DNA of 64,000 nt from Fibrobacteria bacterium (lineage in GTDB: Bacteria > Fibrobacterota > Fibrobacteria > UBA11236 > JADFYW01), in the NCBI GenBank assembly GCA_050294405.1, contig JBNKOC010000016.1, forward strand, positions 224,001-288,000, read 5' to 3'. The notes under the pieces are model-generated. The model ran no database searches and was not told the DNA's origin. It saw nothing but the letters and a program-made list of their open reading frames with translations. This document shows, one piece after another, positions 20,120-28,635 of the stretch; the stretch's first letter is position 1, and every line of letters starts with the position of its first letter. Made by a program: the position numbers and the translations under genes.

Positions 20120-21634
20120 CTAGTTGTCGATGGTCAGATTTTGCTCAAACCGTTCAACGTTGGAAGTTCCTCCTTCAATAAAGGATTGCTGAGATATTTG
20201 GGTAAGCACAGCGTTTTCTCTGAATTCGGCTAAAGTATTGGTGCCCACATTTTTCATGGTGGATTTTAGCTTGCTGAGAGTGACTGGTAAAACTTCTTTG
20301 ATGGAACCCATTACCGGAACATAAGCGTCCACACCCTCTTCAAACTGGAGGCCCTGTTCATTTACATCTTCACCGTAGCGCATCCAGTTTTTGGCCCTAT
20401 TGCTGCCTTCTCCCCAATAGGGTTTGTACAGCTTGTCTTTGATTGTGATTTTAGGAGTGGGGCTTTCCAAAGTCATGGCAAAATAGCGGCCCAGCATTAC
20501 AAAATCAGCGCCCATAGCCAAAGCAATAATAATTTGGGTGTCGTTGGACAGACCACCATCGGAACAAACAGGAACATATATCCCGGTTTCTTCAAAATAT
20601 TTGTCTCTTTCTTTCACAACATCCATTAAGGCGCTTGCCTGGCCTCTGCCAATACCCTTTTGCTCTCGGGTGATACATATGGAGCCGCCCCCAATGCCAA
20701 CTTTTACAAAGTCTAAATCTCCTTTTTCCACTAAAAAGCGAAAAGCCTCGCCGGATACCACATTGCCTCCGCCAATGACCACATTGTTGCCATAATGTTT
20801 GCGTATCCAAAGAGCGGCTTCGGATTGAAATTCGGAATAGCCATCTGAGGAATCAAAACAAAGCACATCGGCACCAGCGCTTATTAGGGCGGGGACCCGC
20901 TCTTTAAAATCATGGGTGTTGATGCTTGCAGCCACCACTAGGCGCTTTTGAGCATCTAAAAGTTCATTGGGGTTGTTTTGGTGGTCTACATAATCTTTTG
21001 TGAACACCAATGAGGAGAGGTTTCCATTTTCATCTAAAATGGGAAGGCATTGCTTTTTGTTTTTATGCAAAATAGAGTTGGCTTCTACCAAACTTATTCC
21101 CACATTGCCGAAGATGACTTTTTCCATGGGAGTCATAAAATTAGAAACGGTAGAGTTCAAGTCTTCTTCAAATTCCCAGAAGTCTTTATCCGTAATAATT
21201 CCCAACATTTTACCATTGGGCCCGCCATCTTCAGTGACAGGCATGGTAGAGTGGCCTGTTTTTTTTCGCTGTCTTACGAAATGGAGTAATGTATCTGTGG
21301 GTTTTAAGTTGGAATCGGATTTTACAAAACCGGCTTTGTGCATTTTCACTTTTTCCACCATGGCAGTTTGCTTGGCGATGGGTTGCGAATTAAAAATAAA
21401 AGAGCAACCTCCTTGCCTCGCCAGGGCAATGCCAAGCTCCGAACCTGAAACAGACTGCATGGATGCAGACACTACTGGTATATTAATTTCAAGACGAGAA
21501 CTTTCCCCTTTTTTGAATTTGGCAAGGGGAGTTTTAAGAGAGATGGGTTTATCAATATTGTCTTTTCGGGTAAGACCGGGAATAATCAGATATTCGGAAA
21601 ATGTTCTGGAAATATCCGGTAAAATTTTAGCCAT
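20120..21634 (-). CDS. guaB: IMP dehydrogenase with CBS pair
   Basis: SASMQSV, DSSDG, KVGIGGGSICITR catalytic loop, CSDGG, YWGEGS, EEGVD; ATG 21634. Confidence 0.93.
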   Translation of the reverse strand: MAKILPDISRTFSEYLIIPGLTRKDNIDKPISLKTPLAKFKKGESSRLEINIPVVSASMQSVSGSELGIALARQGGCSFIFNSQPIAKQTAMVEKVKMHKAGFVKSDSNLKPTDTLLHFVRQRKKTGHSTMPVTEDGGPNGKMLGIITDKDFWEFEEDLNSTVSNFMTPMEKVIFGNVGISLVEANSILHKNKKQCLPILDENGNLSSLVFTKDYVDHQNNPNELLDAQKRLVVAASINTHDFKERVPALISAGADVLCFDSSDGYSEFQSEAALWIRKHYGNNVVIGGGNVVSGEAFRFLVEKGDLDFVKVGIGGGSICITREQKGIGRGQASALMDVVKERDKYFEETGIYVPVCSDGGLSNDTQIIIALAMGADFVMLGRYFAMTLESPTPKITIKDKLYKPYWGEGSNRAKNWMRYGEDVNEQGLQFEEGVDAYVPVMGSIKEVLPVTLSKLKSTMKNVGTNTLAEFRENAVLTQISQQSFIEGGTSNVERFEQNLTIDN

Positions 21635-21843
21635 GGGAATAACATTCCTTTGCAAATTGAAATTTAAAGCTGTGGTTTAAAGCGCGCAGGGGAGAGGGAG
21701 TGATTTTATTTGCTTTTAATAATCCCTTCCGGTTCTCGGCCATATCCAAAATTATAATTTTGACTTTTTCCTATCAACCCCAGGGAAAAGAGAAAGACAG
21801 AAAACAGAGGCTCCGGTACGGACCAGCTAAAATAAATAGTGTG

Positions 21844-22233
21844 TTACAAGTGGAAAAAAAACTGAGTTCCCTTATATCCGGCAGCAAAGAGACCAAGGCC
21901 AAGCAATACCTGTGACAGGCTAAAAAATAAAAAGGGAAAAAACCCCCTATCTAAAGTGAGGTAAAGGTCTTTGCTAAAAGTGCTGTAGGTGGTAAAAGAA
22001 CCCAAAAAACCGGCAATAAACAAAAGGGCAAGGGTAGCGGACCAGGGTTCGGGCAATTTTTTGTAAATGAGAACCACTGCGATACCCATCAAAAAAGAGC
22101 CTGCAGAATTTATAATAAATGTGGGAAACTGTTGGGGAGTGTGGCTTAAGCCTTTACTGATAGCATATCTGAGGCAAGCACCGCCGCTGGCTCCCAGAGA
22201 TACAAGCAATATGGTTTTTAATATTTCGGGCAT
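21844..22233 (-). CDS. crcB: Fluoride channel Fluc/CrcB
   Basis: GASGGACLRY, PTFIINSAGSF, GFLGSFTTYSTF; four TM helices. Confidence 0.88.
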   Translation of the reverse strand: MPEILKTILLVSLGASGGACLRYAISKGLSHTPQQFPTFIINSAGSFLMGIAVVLIYKKLPEPWSATLALLFIAGFLGSFTTYSTFSKDLYLTLDRGFFPFLFFSLSQVLLGLGLFAAGYKGTQFFFHL

Positions 22234-22295
22234 GGTTGTTTTTCCATCCTGTGGTTCCTTTCCAAATTAAAAAAATCTTTGAATCTTTATGGGGT

Positions 22296-22460
22296 ATGAA
22301 AAGAAAAGGGAAAAAATCATTGGCTCTTTACGGGTTGATTGCCTGGGGAATTTTTGGCTTTATTGTGGCTATGCAGGGTCGACCTCTGGTATTTCTTGTA
22401 GCTTTGCTGGGAATGGGCCTTTTTGGCTGGTTGCATTTTCGTTGGACTGGCGAGGGCTAA
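22296..22460 (+). CDS. Small two-TM membrane protein (54 aa)
   Basis: MKRKGKK followed by two hydrophobic segments; no homology recognised. Confidence 0.45.
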   Translation: MKRKGKKSLALYGLIAWGIFGFIVAMQGRPLVFLVALLGMGLFGWLHFRWTGEG

Positions 22461-22492
22461 TCTTACTGAGTAAAACTAAAGCCCCTTAAAAT

Positions 22493-22504
22493 TTTGTATA
22501 CAAA
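22493..22504. promoter_or_regulatory. Palindromic operator-like site TTTGTATACAAA
   Basis: Perfect 12-bp palindrome upstream of the TIGR02147 gene at 22672. Confidence 0.6.
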
Positions 22505-22600
22505 TATTTCCTTGATATTTTTGGGAAATTTTAGAAAATATTTAAAAAATTGCTTATTTTTAAAAAAAAATAAGGGCAATTCTTTTTTGGAAAGCTCTTT

Positions 22601-22608
22601 TGTATACA
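22601..22608. promoter_or_regulatory. Second TGTATACA palindrome
   Basis: 106 bp from the first core (22495). Confidence 0.55.
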
Positions 22609-22671
22609 CAAAATTAGCCCTTTTTTAAAAATAATAAGCCGAAATGCGCCGCATTGACTATAATAGCCTAA

Positions 22672-23547
22672 ATGGGGCAGGGCTTGGAACTAAATCTTTC
22701 CGCAGTAAAATACTCAATTTTTGAGTTTTCCGATTACAGGGGCTTTTTACGTCATGTGTATGAAGAGGGCAAAAAAGGACAAAAGGGCTTTACCCATCGC
22801 TCTATGGCTGCAGCCCTTGGTTTTTCCAGTCCTAATTTCGTTAAGCTTGTGATGGATGGGGAACGAAACTTAAGCCATAGCGCCACCGAAAAAATTATAA
22901 CTGCTTTTGGCTTTAAAAAAAAGGAAGCGGCTTATTTTAAGTCTTTGGTTTTGTTTGAACAGGCTAAAAGCACGCCTGAGAAAAACTACTACTTTGGCCT
23001 ATTGGCTAATTACCGAAGCTTATCCAATACAGCGGAAATAAGTACCAGCCAATATGAATATTATACAAACTGGTACAACGCCGTGGTGCGTGAGCTGGTA
23101 GTGGGTTTACCGGAAAATCTTGATGTTAAGGAATTGGGAAGGTGTGTACATCCCCACGTTTCCGGGAAGGATGTGAAAAAATCCATTCAATTATTAAAAG
23201 ATTTGAAATTTATTAAACTGGATGAAGAGGGGTTTTATCAGCAGGATTCACCTTTGTTAAAGGCGAATCCCAAAGTTCAAAATTTAAGTATTCGAAATTT
23301 TCATAAAAAAATGGGGGAGTTGGCGTTGAAAGCCTTGGAAGAACTTCCCACGGACAGGCGAAACATTTCTTCTGTGACCGTGAAAATATCTCCTAAAGGT
23401 TATCAAAAATTATCTGAAAGGATAGAGAATTTTCGGGAAGAAATAATGGCTCTGGTTCGGGAGGATAGCGGTGTGAGGGATGTATACCAGCTAAACTTTC
23501 AGATGTTTCCCTTATCTGATTTGGGTGAGCAGGAGCAGAGAAAATGA
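22672..23547 (+). CDS. TIGR02147/DUF4423 family protein, putative regulator
   Basis: IFEFSDYRGFL, FTHRSMAAALGFSSPNFVKLVMDGERNL, WYNAVVREL, RNISSVT, VYQLNFQMFPL. Confidence 0.9.
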   Translation: MGQGLELNLSAVKYSIFEFSDYRGFLRHVYEEGKKGQKGFTHRSMAAALGFSSPNFVKLVMDGERNLSHSATEKIITAFGFKKKEAAYFKSLVLFEQAKSTPEKNYYFGLLANYRSLSNTAEISTSQYEYYTNWYNAVVRELVVGLPENLDVKELGRCVHPHVSGKDVKKSIQLLKDLKFIKLDEEGFYQQDSPLLKANPKVQNLSIRNFHKKMGELALKALEELPTDRRNISSVTVKISPKGYQKLSERIENFREEIMALVREDSGVRDVYQLNFQMFPLSDLGEQEQRK

Positions 23548-25295
23548 TGCTTTCCGTTTTCCGCAAATCAAAAAAAGGGTTGCGCTTTTTGCTTATCCTT
23601 ATGCTATGGGGTTGCGGGGGCAATGATTTAACCGTTGTGGATGGAGGTTCTGGTACTAATACCGGGAACTCTTTAACCGCAGCCTACCGTTTTGAAAATG
23701 GAGATCCCGCAGCCTATGCCCAGGTAAGTATCCGTCCGAGCGGCTATTTAAAAACCCGACAGGCAGATTCCGGAGTCACCGTTTATGATTTTATTACCAA
23801 CCGCCAGGGTGAGTTTACCATAAATGAAGTGCCGCAAGGGGAGTATAACATTGAGGTGTACGACAACAATGATAGGGCGGTGCTGCAAAATATTGCCATT
23901 GACTCGGACACAACTCAATATGTATTGAATGTGGCCACTCTCACTTCCGTGGGAAAAATCAGTGGAAAAATTAATTTACCCGAAAGTAATGTACAGGTTT
24001 ATGTTCAGTTGGTGGGAACCATCCACAGCGCCCAAGTAGACCAGGCAACCGAAAAATTTGAAATATCTAATGTGCCGCAGGGGAATTACCAGCTTATGGC
24101 TTTTTCCCCGGAAGAAGAAAGTATCAGCGAGACTCAATGGGAAGTTAAAGTGGAACCCAAAGAAGAGTCTGTATTAAACGGAATTAATTTGGAAAACTAT
24201 GAGAACTGGCAACATAGCAAAGTTTTGATTTTAAAAGCCCTGGCAGAATCAAACTTTAATGCCTTGGAAAACTATTATCCCCTTCTACTGCAACTTAACA
24301 GTCGCAACTTTGATTTTTCTGAGGCCAAGGAGGATGGTTCAGATTTTCGAATTCTGGATAGTGAGGGTGTGTTGGCTAAGTATAAAATAGAAAGCTGGGA
24401 TGCAACCAATAGCAGAGCTGCCATATGGTTGCATATAAGCAATATTTCTGCTTTTTCTGTAGGACGAAGTTTTACTCTTTATTGGGGCAACCCATTGGCG
24501 GAAGATAAGTCAGATCCGGAGTCCGTTTTCTCAGAAGAATCTTATCAGGCTGTTTGGCAATTTAGCCAAAGCATGGGAGACAGTATTTCAGACGCTTCCG
24601 CGAGCAATAACAATGGCGCTCTGCAAAATGCCAGCGGCGGTGATGTTAGTATAGATGGATTGGCCGGAAAGGGTTATGAGTTGAACGGAGAAAATCAATA
24701 CATGACCTCTACTCAGGTCCAATGGAATCCCAATGTTTACACCATATCTGTATGGTTTAAAACCGAGACCCAGTCGGGCGGAAGGCTTATAGGTCTTTCT
24801 AACCCCCAAATTATCGGCGGCCTCCACAAAAATGGGGAGAGGCAAATATGGATGTCCAATGATGGCCGTTTGAATTATGGTGTTTTTAACGACAGTTTGA
24901 CTTTGGAAGAGTGGTATTTGCTGGAGCAAGATTCCATCGCTTTTAAAGACAAGGAATTTGACGATACCCACCGTCAAATAATTTCCGGGACTAATGTTGT
25001 AAATGACGGTCAGTGGCATTTGGCCGCTGCAACATTGAGTTCGGAAGGGATGAAATTGTATTTGGATGGGGAGCTGGAAATTTCTGACGGCAGATATACA
25101 TATGGATCCGCACGCGAGGGTTATTGGGTGTTGGGTTCGGGCATATTGGGCGGATGGGACCCTCATCCCCGAAGCATATACTTTGAAGGCATACTTGATG
25201 AGGCCAGGGTAGAATACATAGCCCATTCGGATGCATATATCAAGCTCATGTATATGAATTTGATGACTCCGGAAAATGTGTATACCCTGGAATAG
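23544..25295 (+). CDS. Lipoprotein with carboxypeptidase-regulatory-like Ig domains, DUF2341 and LamG/concanavalin-like domain
   Basis: Lipobox LWG-C + DGGSGTNTGN; FDFSEAKEDGSDFR...IESWD...LYWGN (DUF2341); DGQWH...LYLDG...FEGILDE (LamG); ATGA overlap with TIGR02147 stop. Confidence 0.85.
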   Translation: MMLSVFRKSKKGLRFLLILMLWGCGGNDLTVVDGGSGTNTGNSLTAAYRFENGDPAAYAQVSIRPSGYLKTRQADSGVTVYDFITNRQGEFTINEVPQGEYNIEVYDNNDRAVLQNIAIDSDTTQYVLNVATLTSVGKISGKINLPESNVQVYVQLVGTIHSAQVDQATEKFEISNVPQGNYQLMAFSPEEESISETQWEVKVEPKEESVLNGINLENYENWQHSKVLILKALAESNFNALENYYPLLLQLNSRNFDFSEAKEDGSDFRILDSEGVLAKYKIESWDATNSRAAIWLHISNISAFSVGRSFTLYWGNPLAEDKSDPESVFSEESYQAVWQFSQSMGDSISDASASNNNGALQNASGGDVSIDGLAGKGYELNGENQYMTSTQVQWNPNVYTISVWFKTETQSGGRLIGLSNPQIIGGLHKNGERQIWMSNDGRLNYGVFNDSLTLEEWYLLEQDSIAFKDKEFDDTHRQIISGTNVVNDGQWHLAAATLSSEGMKLYLDGELEISDGRYTYGSAREGYWVLGSGILGGWDPHPRSIYFEGILDEARVEYIAHSDAYIKLMYMNLMTPENVYTLE

Positions 25296-25434
25296 TTTCT
25301 GAATATTGTCAATGGCAGTGTTTGAAAGCCTTCCATAATTAAACCAAGCGGGCCAAGTTTTATTGTTTTGGTTTAGCCCGCCTTTATTTTTCTCTTTTGC
25401 GTGTGGGACTTTCTGACCGCTGGACTGGAAAAAA

Positions 25435-25446
25435 TTTGTATACAAA
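25435..25446. promoter_or_regulatory. Palindromic operator-like site TTTGTATACAAA
   Basis: Perfect 12-bp palindrome in intergenic region upstream of 25639. Confidence 0.6.
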
Positions 25447-25545
25447 AAATGATATAATTTTTTTTGTTTAAACAGTTCTAAAAAGCTGAAAATTCGAAAA
25501 AATTCCTTTAAAAATACAAAAAAAGCTGATTTTGTTTTTAAAAAA

Positions 25546-25553
25546 TGTATACA
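25546..25553. promoter_or_regulatory. Second TGTATACA palindrome upstream of 25639
   Basis: 109 bp from the core at 25437. Confidence 0.55.
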
Positions 25554-25638
25554 AAAAACATGATTTTGACTAAAATTTACACTGCGGGTTTTTCAAAAGC
25601 CATATATTTTACAGTATATTGAAAATGGGGGTATCACA

Positions 25639-27444
25639 ATGAACGGACAAAACAAGTATTGGAAAGCTGTTTTTAAAGCAACCGTATTTTCCACCCTGCT
25701 CTTAACTTCCAGCTGGGCGCAACGGGAGGGGGATAGGCAACCCTTGGAAACCGTTAATCCACGGTTTGATCTAGTATCTCTTCGGCCTAATAATTTTACC
25801 CCTAAGGTTAGTGGCATGCGTTGGTTGAGTGAAGACACTTTGTTAATTCTCGACTGGAACGGAGACCACAATCTGGTGCACAACCTTCAGTTTGGTGGAC
25901 GTTTATATAAGATTACCAACCTTGAAAATGAGCAACCTAATATCCAGCTTTTTGCAGAGGGTCTTACAGATCCTCTTGGTCTTGAAGTGGTGGATGGAAA
26001 AATATTTGTATGTGGGGGAGAAACCCTATACGAAGTACTACCGGATGACAATGGAGATGGAAAATCAGAAGGCGTGAGGGTTATTAAAGATTTTAATCAT
26101 CCCACGCATGGACGCCATGAATTTTTCTTCGGTCTGTTATACGAAGCGCCGTATTTTTACGGGGCTCTATCTGCCAGTAAAGAAGGGACTGTTAGTATTG
26201 ATCAAATTAACCCTGGCCGGGGTGCCTTTTATAAAATTCACGAAGAAACCGGCGAAGCAGAAGTTATGTCAGCTGGGTTACGAACTCCAAATGGTTTAAA
26301 CTGGGGCCCAGAAGGGGAAATGTTTAATGCGGATAACCAGGGCGCCTGGCTGCCTTCTTCAAAATTGATGCACATTAAAAAAGACGAATTTAATTTTTAT
26401 GGCCATCGTCAGGAAATTGCGGCTAACAATTGGACTCCTCAAGAAGTGGCCCGTCTGGAAGAGTGGAAATCACACGAAGATACCCCTCCGGCCGTTTGGT
26501 TTCCTCAGGGTTTAATCGGTCTTTCACCAACGGAACCCTTGTTAATTCCTCACGGTATTTTTAAAAATCAAATGTATATCGGCGATGTGGCTTACGGTGG
26601 AATCCAAAGAGTTTATCTGGAAAAAGTAAAAGGAGAATTCCAAGGGGGAGTTGTGCGCAGCATAGGCGGCCTCGAAGCAGGTATCAATCGAATGATTTGG
26701 GGACCGGATAGTGCTCTATACATCGGAGGAACGGGCGAAGGAGATCAGAATAATTGGGGTTGGCGAGGTTTTAAAACAGCCTTTCAAAAACTGGTTCCTA
26801 CCAATGAGGAAACATTTGAGATAAAAGCAGTTTATTCCAAGCCCAATGGTATGACCATTGAATTCACGCATCCTGTGAATAATGCAGCTAATAATGCCTC
26901 CAGTTACGTAGCTCAGGCCTGGACTTTTGCGCCAAATGAACAATACGGTGGTGGAAATAAAGTCGGAACCTACAACTTGCAAATCAATAATGTCAGTGTT
27001 AGTGACGACAGAAAACTTGTGTATTTAGAAATTGGTAATTTCCGCTTGAACCACTGCGTATACATCAGAGTCAATGGGGTTAACTCTGGGGATGGAAAAC
27101 AGCTGTGGAGCACAGAAACTTGGTACACTTTAAATGCGCTGGGAGAGGGTGAACCATTTGAAGTGGACAATGGCATTGAAGAAGAAGTTTCTGTAAAAGG
27201 GGAAAGGGTTTCCCAGAATTTCAATATCCGCTCTGTTGTGGGAGGCTGGGAAATGCAGTTTGATTCTCAACAAGAAAAGGCTGAAGTTTCCTTATTCCAT
27301 CTAAATGGAGAAAAAATTAAGGAATACAGTTTCAATGCAGCCAGCCAAACTCAAGTTTTGGCTCCTGAATTGCAAAAAGGCGTATACTTTCTAAAAGTAA
27401 AGACTGACGTGGGTACTTTTAGCCAAGCAGTGAGAAAGCTTTAA
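25639..27444 (+). CDS. Secreted beta-propeller protein (glucose/sorbosone dehydrogenase-like) with T9SS type-A C-terminal domain
   Basis: Signal peptide; FAEGLTDPLGL, GLRTPNG, DNQGAWLPSSK; tail LFHLNGEKI...KGVYFLKV. Confidence 0.75.
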   Translation: MNGQNKYWKAVFKATVFSTLLLTSSWAQREGDRQPLETVNPRFDLVSLRPNNFTPKVSGMRWLSEDTLLILDWNGDHNLVHNLQFGGRLYKITNLENEQPNIQLFAEGLTDPLGLEVVDGKIFVCGGETLYEVLPDDNGDGKSEGVRVIKDFNHPTHGRHEFFFGLLYEAPYFYGALSASKEGTVSIDQINPGRGAFYKIHEETGEAEVMSAGLRTPNGLNWGPEGEMFNADNQGAWLPSSKLMHIKKDEFNFYGHRQEIAANNWTPQEVARLEEWKSHEDTPPAVWFPQGLIGLSPTEPLLIPHGIFKNQMYIGDVAYGGIQRVYLEKVKGEFQGGVVRSIGGLEAGINRMIWGPDSALYIGGTGEGDQNNWGWRGFKTAFQKLVPTNEETFEIKAVYSKPNGMTIEFTHPVNNAANNASSYVAQAWTFAPNEQYGGGNKVGTYNLQINNVSVSDDRKLVYLEIGNFRLNHCVYIRVNGVNSGDGKQLWSTETWYTLNALGEGEPFEVDNGIEEEVSVKGERVSQNFNIRSVVGGWEMQFDSQQEKAEVSLFHLNGEKIKEYSFNAASQTQVLAPELQKGVYFLKVKTDVGTFSQAVRKL

Positions 27445-27457
27445 TTAAATAAGTGAA

Positions 27458-28615
27458 ATGGGGAGTTTTATAATGTTTAGATACATATTATCATCAATTT
27501 TATTGTCCGGATTTTTTGTGGCAGGTTTTGGGCAAGAAGCTAACCAACTTTCCGAGTTGGAAGAAATGGCTGGGTATGATCTACTTTGGAATGGCCAGGA
27601 TTTTGATGGTTGGCATGGATATCGATTAAACCGTGTGACGAGTGTTTGGGAAATAAAGTCAGATGGAAATTTAGGCCCAAGAATAGAGACCGTAGCTGGT
27701 GGGGAAAAAATTCCTATTTTAACAGATACCCAATACAAAAATTTTGATTTTAAGGCGGAAGTCGCCTCTATATATCCGGATGGAAATAGCGGTATTTTTT
27801 TAAGATACAGGGAAGAGGCCATTGAATACTGGGAAAAAAGATCAGGTCCAGAAGTTCAAATTTGCGCCGATCAAAATTCTGATTGTAAAAACGCCATTCA
27901 CTCATTCGGCGCATGCTATGAAATGTTTCCTGTAACAGAGAATTTAAGAACAAGCTGGTATAACCCTCCTGGGGAATGGAACCAGCTGAGAGTTATTGTT
28001 TATGACAGCAATTACGTTCATTATGGAAATGGGAAAAAGTTATTGGAATATAAAATTGGAACTCAAGAATTCCAGAGAGCCTATGATGCCAGTAAATATT
28101 CCACAGATGGAAATAATGGGAATTATTACGATATTCATGAAGGAAGTATTCTGTTACAACATCATAGTGAAGTGGGTATGACTTTTAGAAATTTAAAAGC
28201 TAAAACATTAGAGATCCATCCCTTTTTGCAAGAGTTTCCAGATGGTCAGTGGCCTGATGAATTACCGCAGGACTACGTATTTGGAAAAAGAGGATGCACC
28301 AATCCCGAGGCTATTAATTACGATGAAACTGCTGTAGTCGATGATTCTACTTGTGAAACGGAAGTATCTATCCATGATCCCAATTCCTGGAAAAATTTGG
28401 AAGTAGTTCAATGGAAATCTGGTTCAAATGAATATATGTTTGAATTGAATTTCGCACATAAAAAGGTTGCAGCATACCATGTTGATGGAAGAGAGATAAA
28501 ACTCTCTAAAAATGGTCAAATATATTTATTAAATTTGGATGGCAATAATCTTGGTTTGGTAATCCTTAGGGTTACGGTTACCAACACTGAAATTATAAAG
28601 CCTATTAAATTTTAA
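27458..28615 (+). CDS. Secreted DUF1080 (3-keto-disaccharide hydrolase/lyase-like) protein with T9SS-like tail
   Basis: LWNGQDFDGW, GNSGIF, GPEVQI, GEWNQLR, GSILLQHH, FRNLK; GCTNPEAINYD...DDSTC linker; YHVDGREI tail. Confidence 0.85.
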   Translation: MGSFIMFRYILSSILLSGFFVAGFGQEANQLSELEEMAGYDLLWNGQDFDGWHGYRLNRVTSVWEIKSDGNLGPRIETVAGGEKIPILTDTQYKNFDFKAEVASIYPDGNSGIFLRYREEAIEYWEKRSGPEVQICADQNSDCKNAIHSFGACYEMFPVTENLRTSWYNPPGEWNQLRVIVYDSNYVHYGNGKKLLEYKIGTQEFQRAYDASKYSTDGNNGNYYDIHEGSILLQHHSEVGMTFRNLKAKTLEIHPFLQEFPDGQWPDELPQDYVFGKRGCTNPEAINYDETAVVDDSTCETEVSIHDPNSWKNLEVVQWKSGSNEYMFELNFAHKKVAAYHVDGREIKLSKNGQIYLLNLDGNNLGLVILRVTVTNTEIIKPIKF

Positions 28616-28635
28616 TTTAAATCTGGGAAACACAT

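Noticed and set aside
22234..22300. Fluoride riboswitch upstream of crcB
   Set aside because: No GGCGATGG...CTGATG-type consensus seen on the minus strand
24588..25445. 285-aa minus-strand ORF
   Set aside because: Antisense shadow of the LamG lipoprotein; no recognisable motifs
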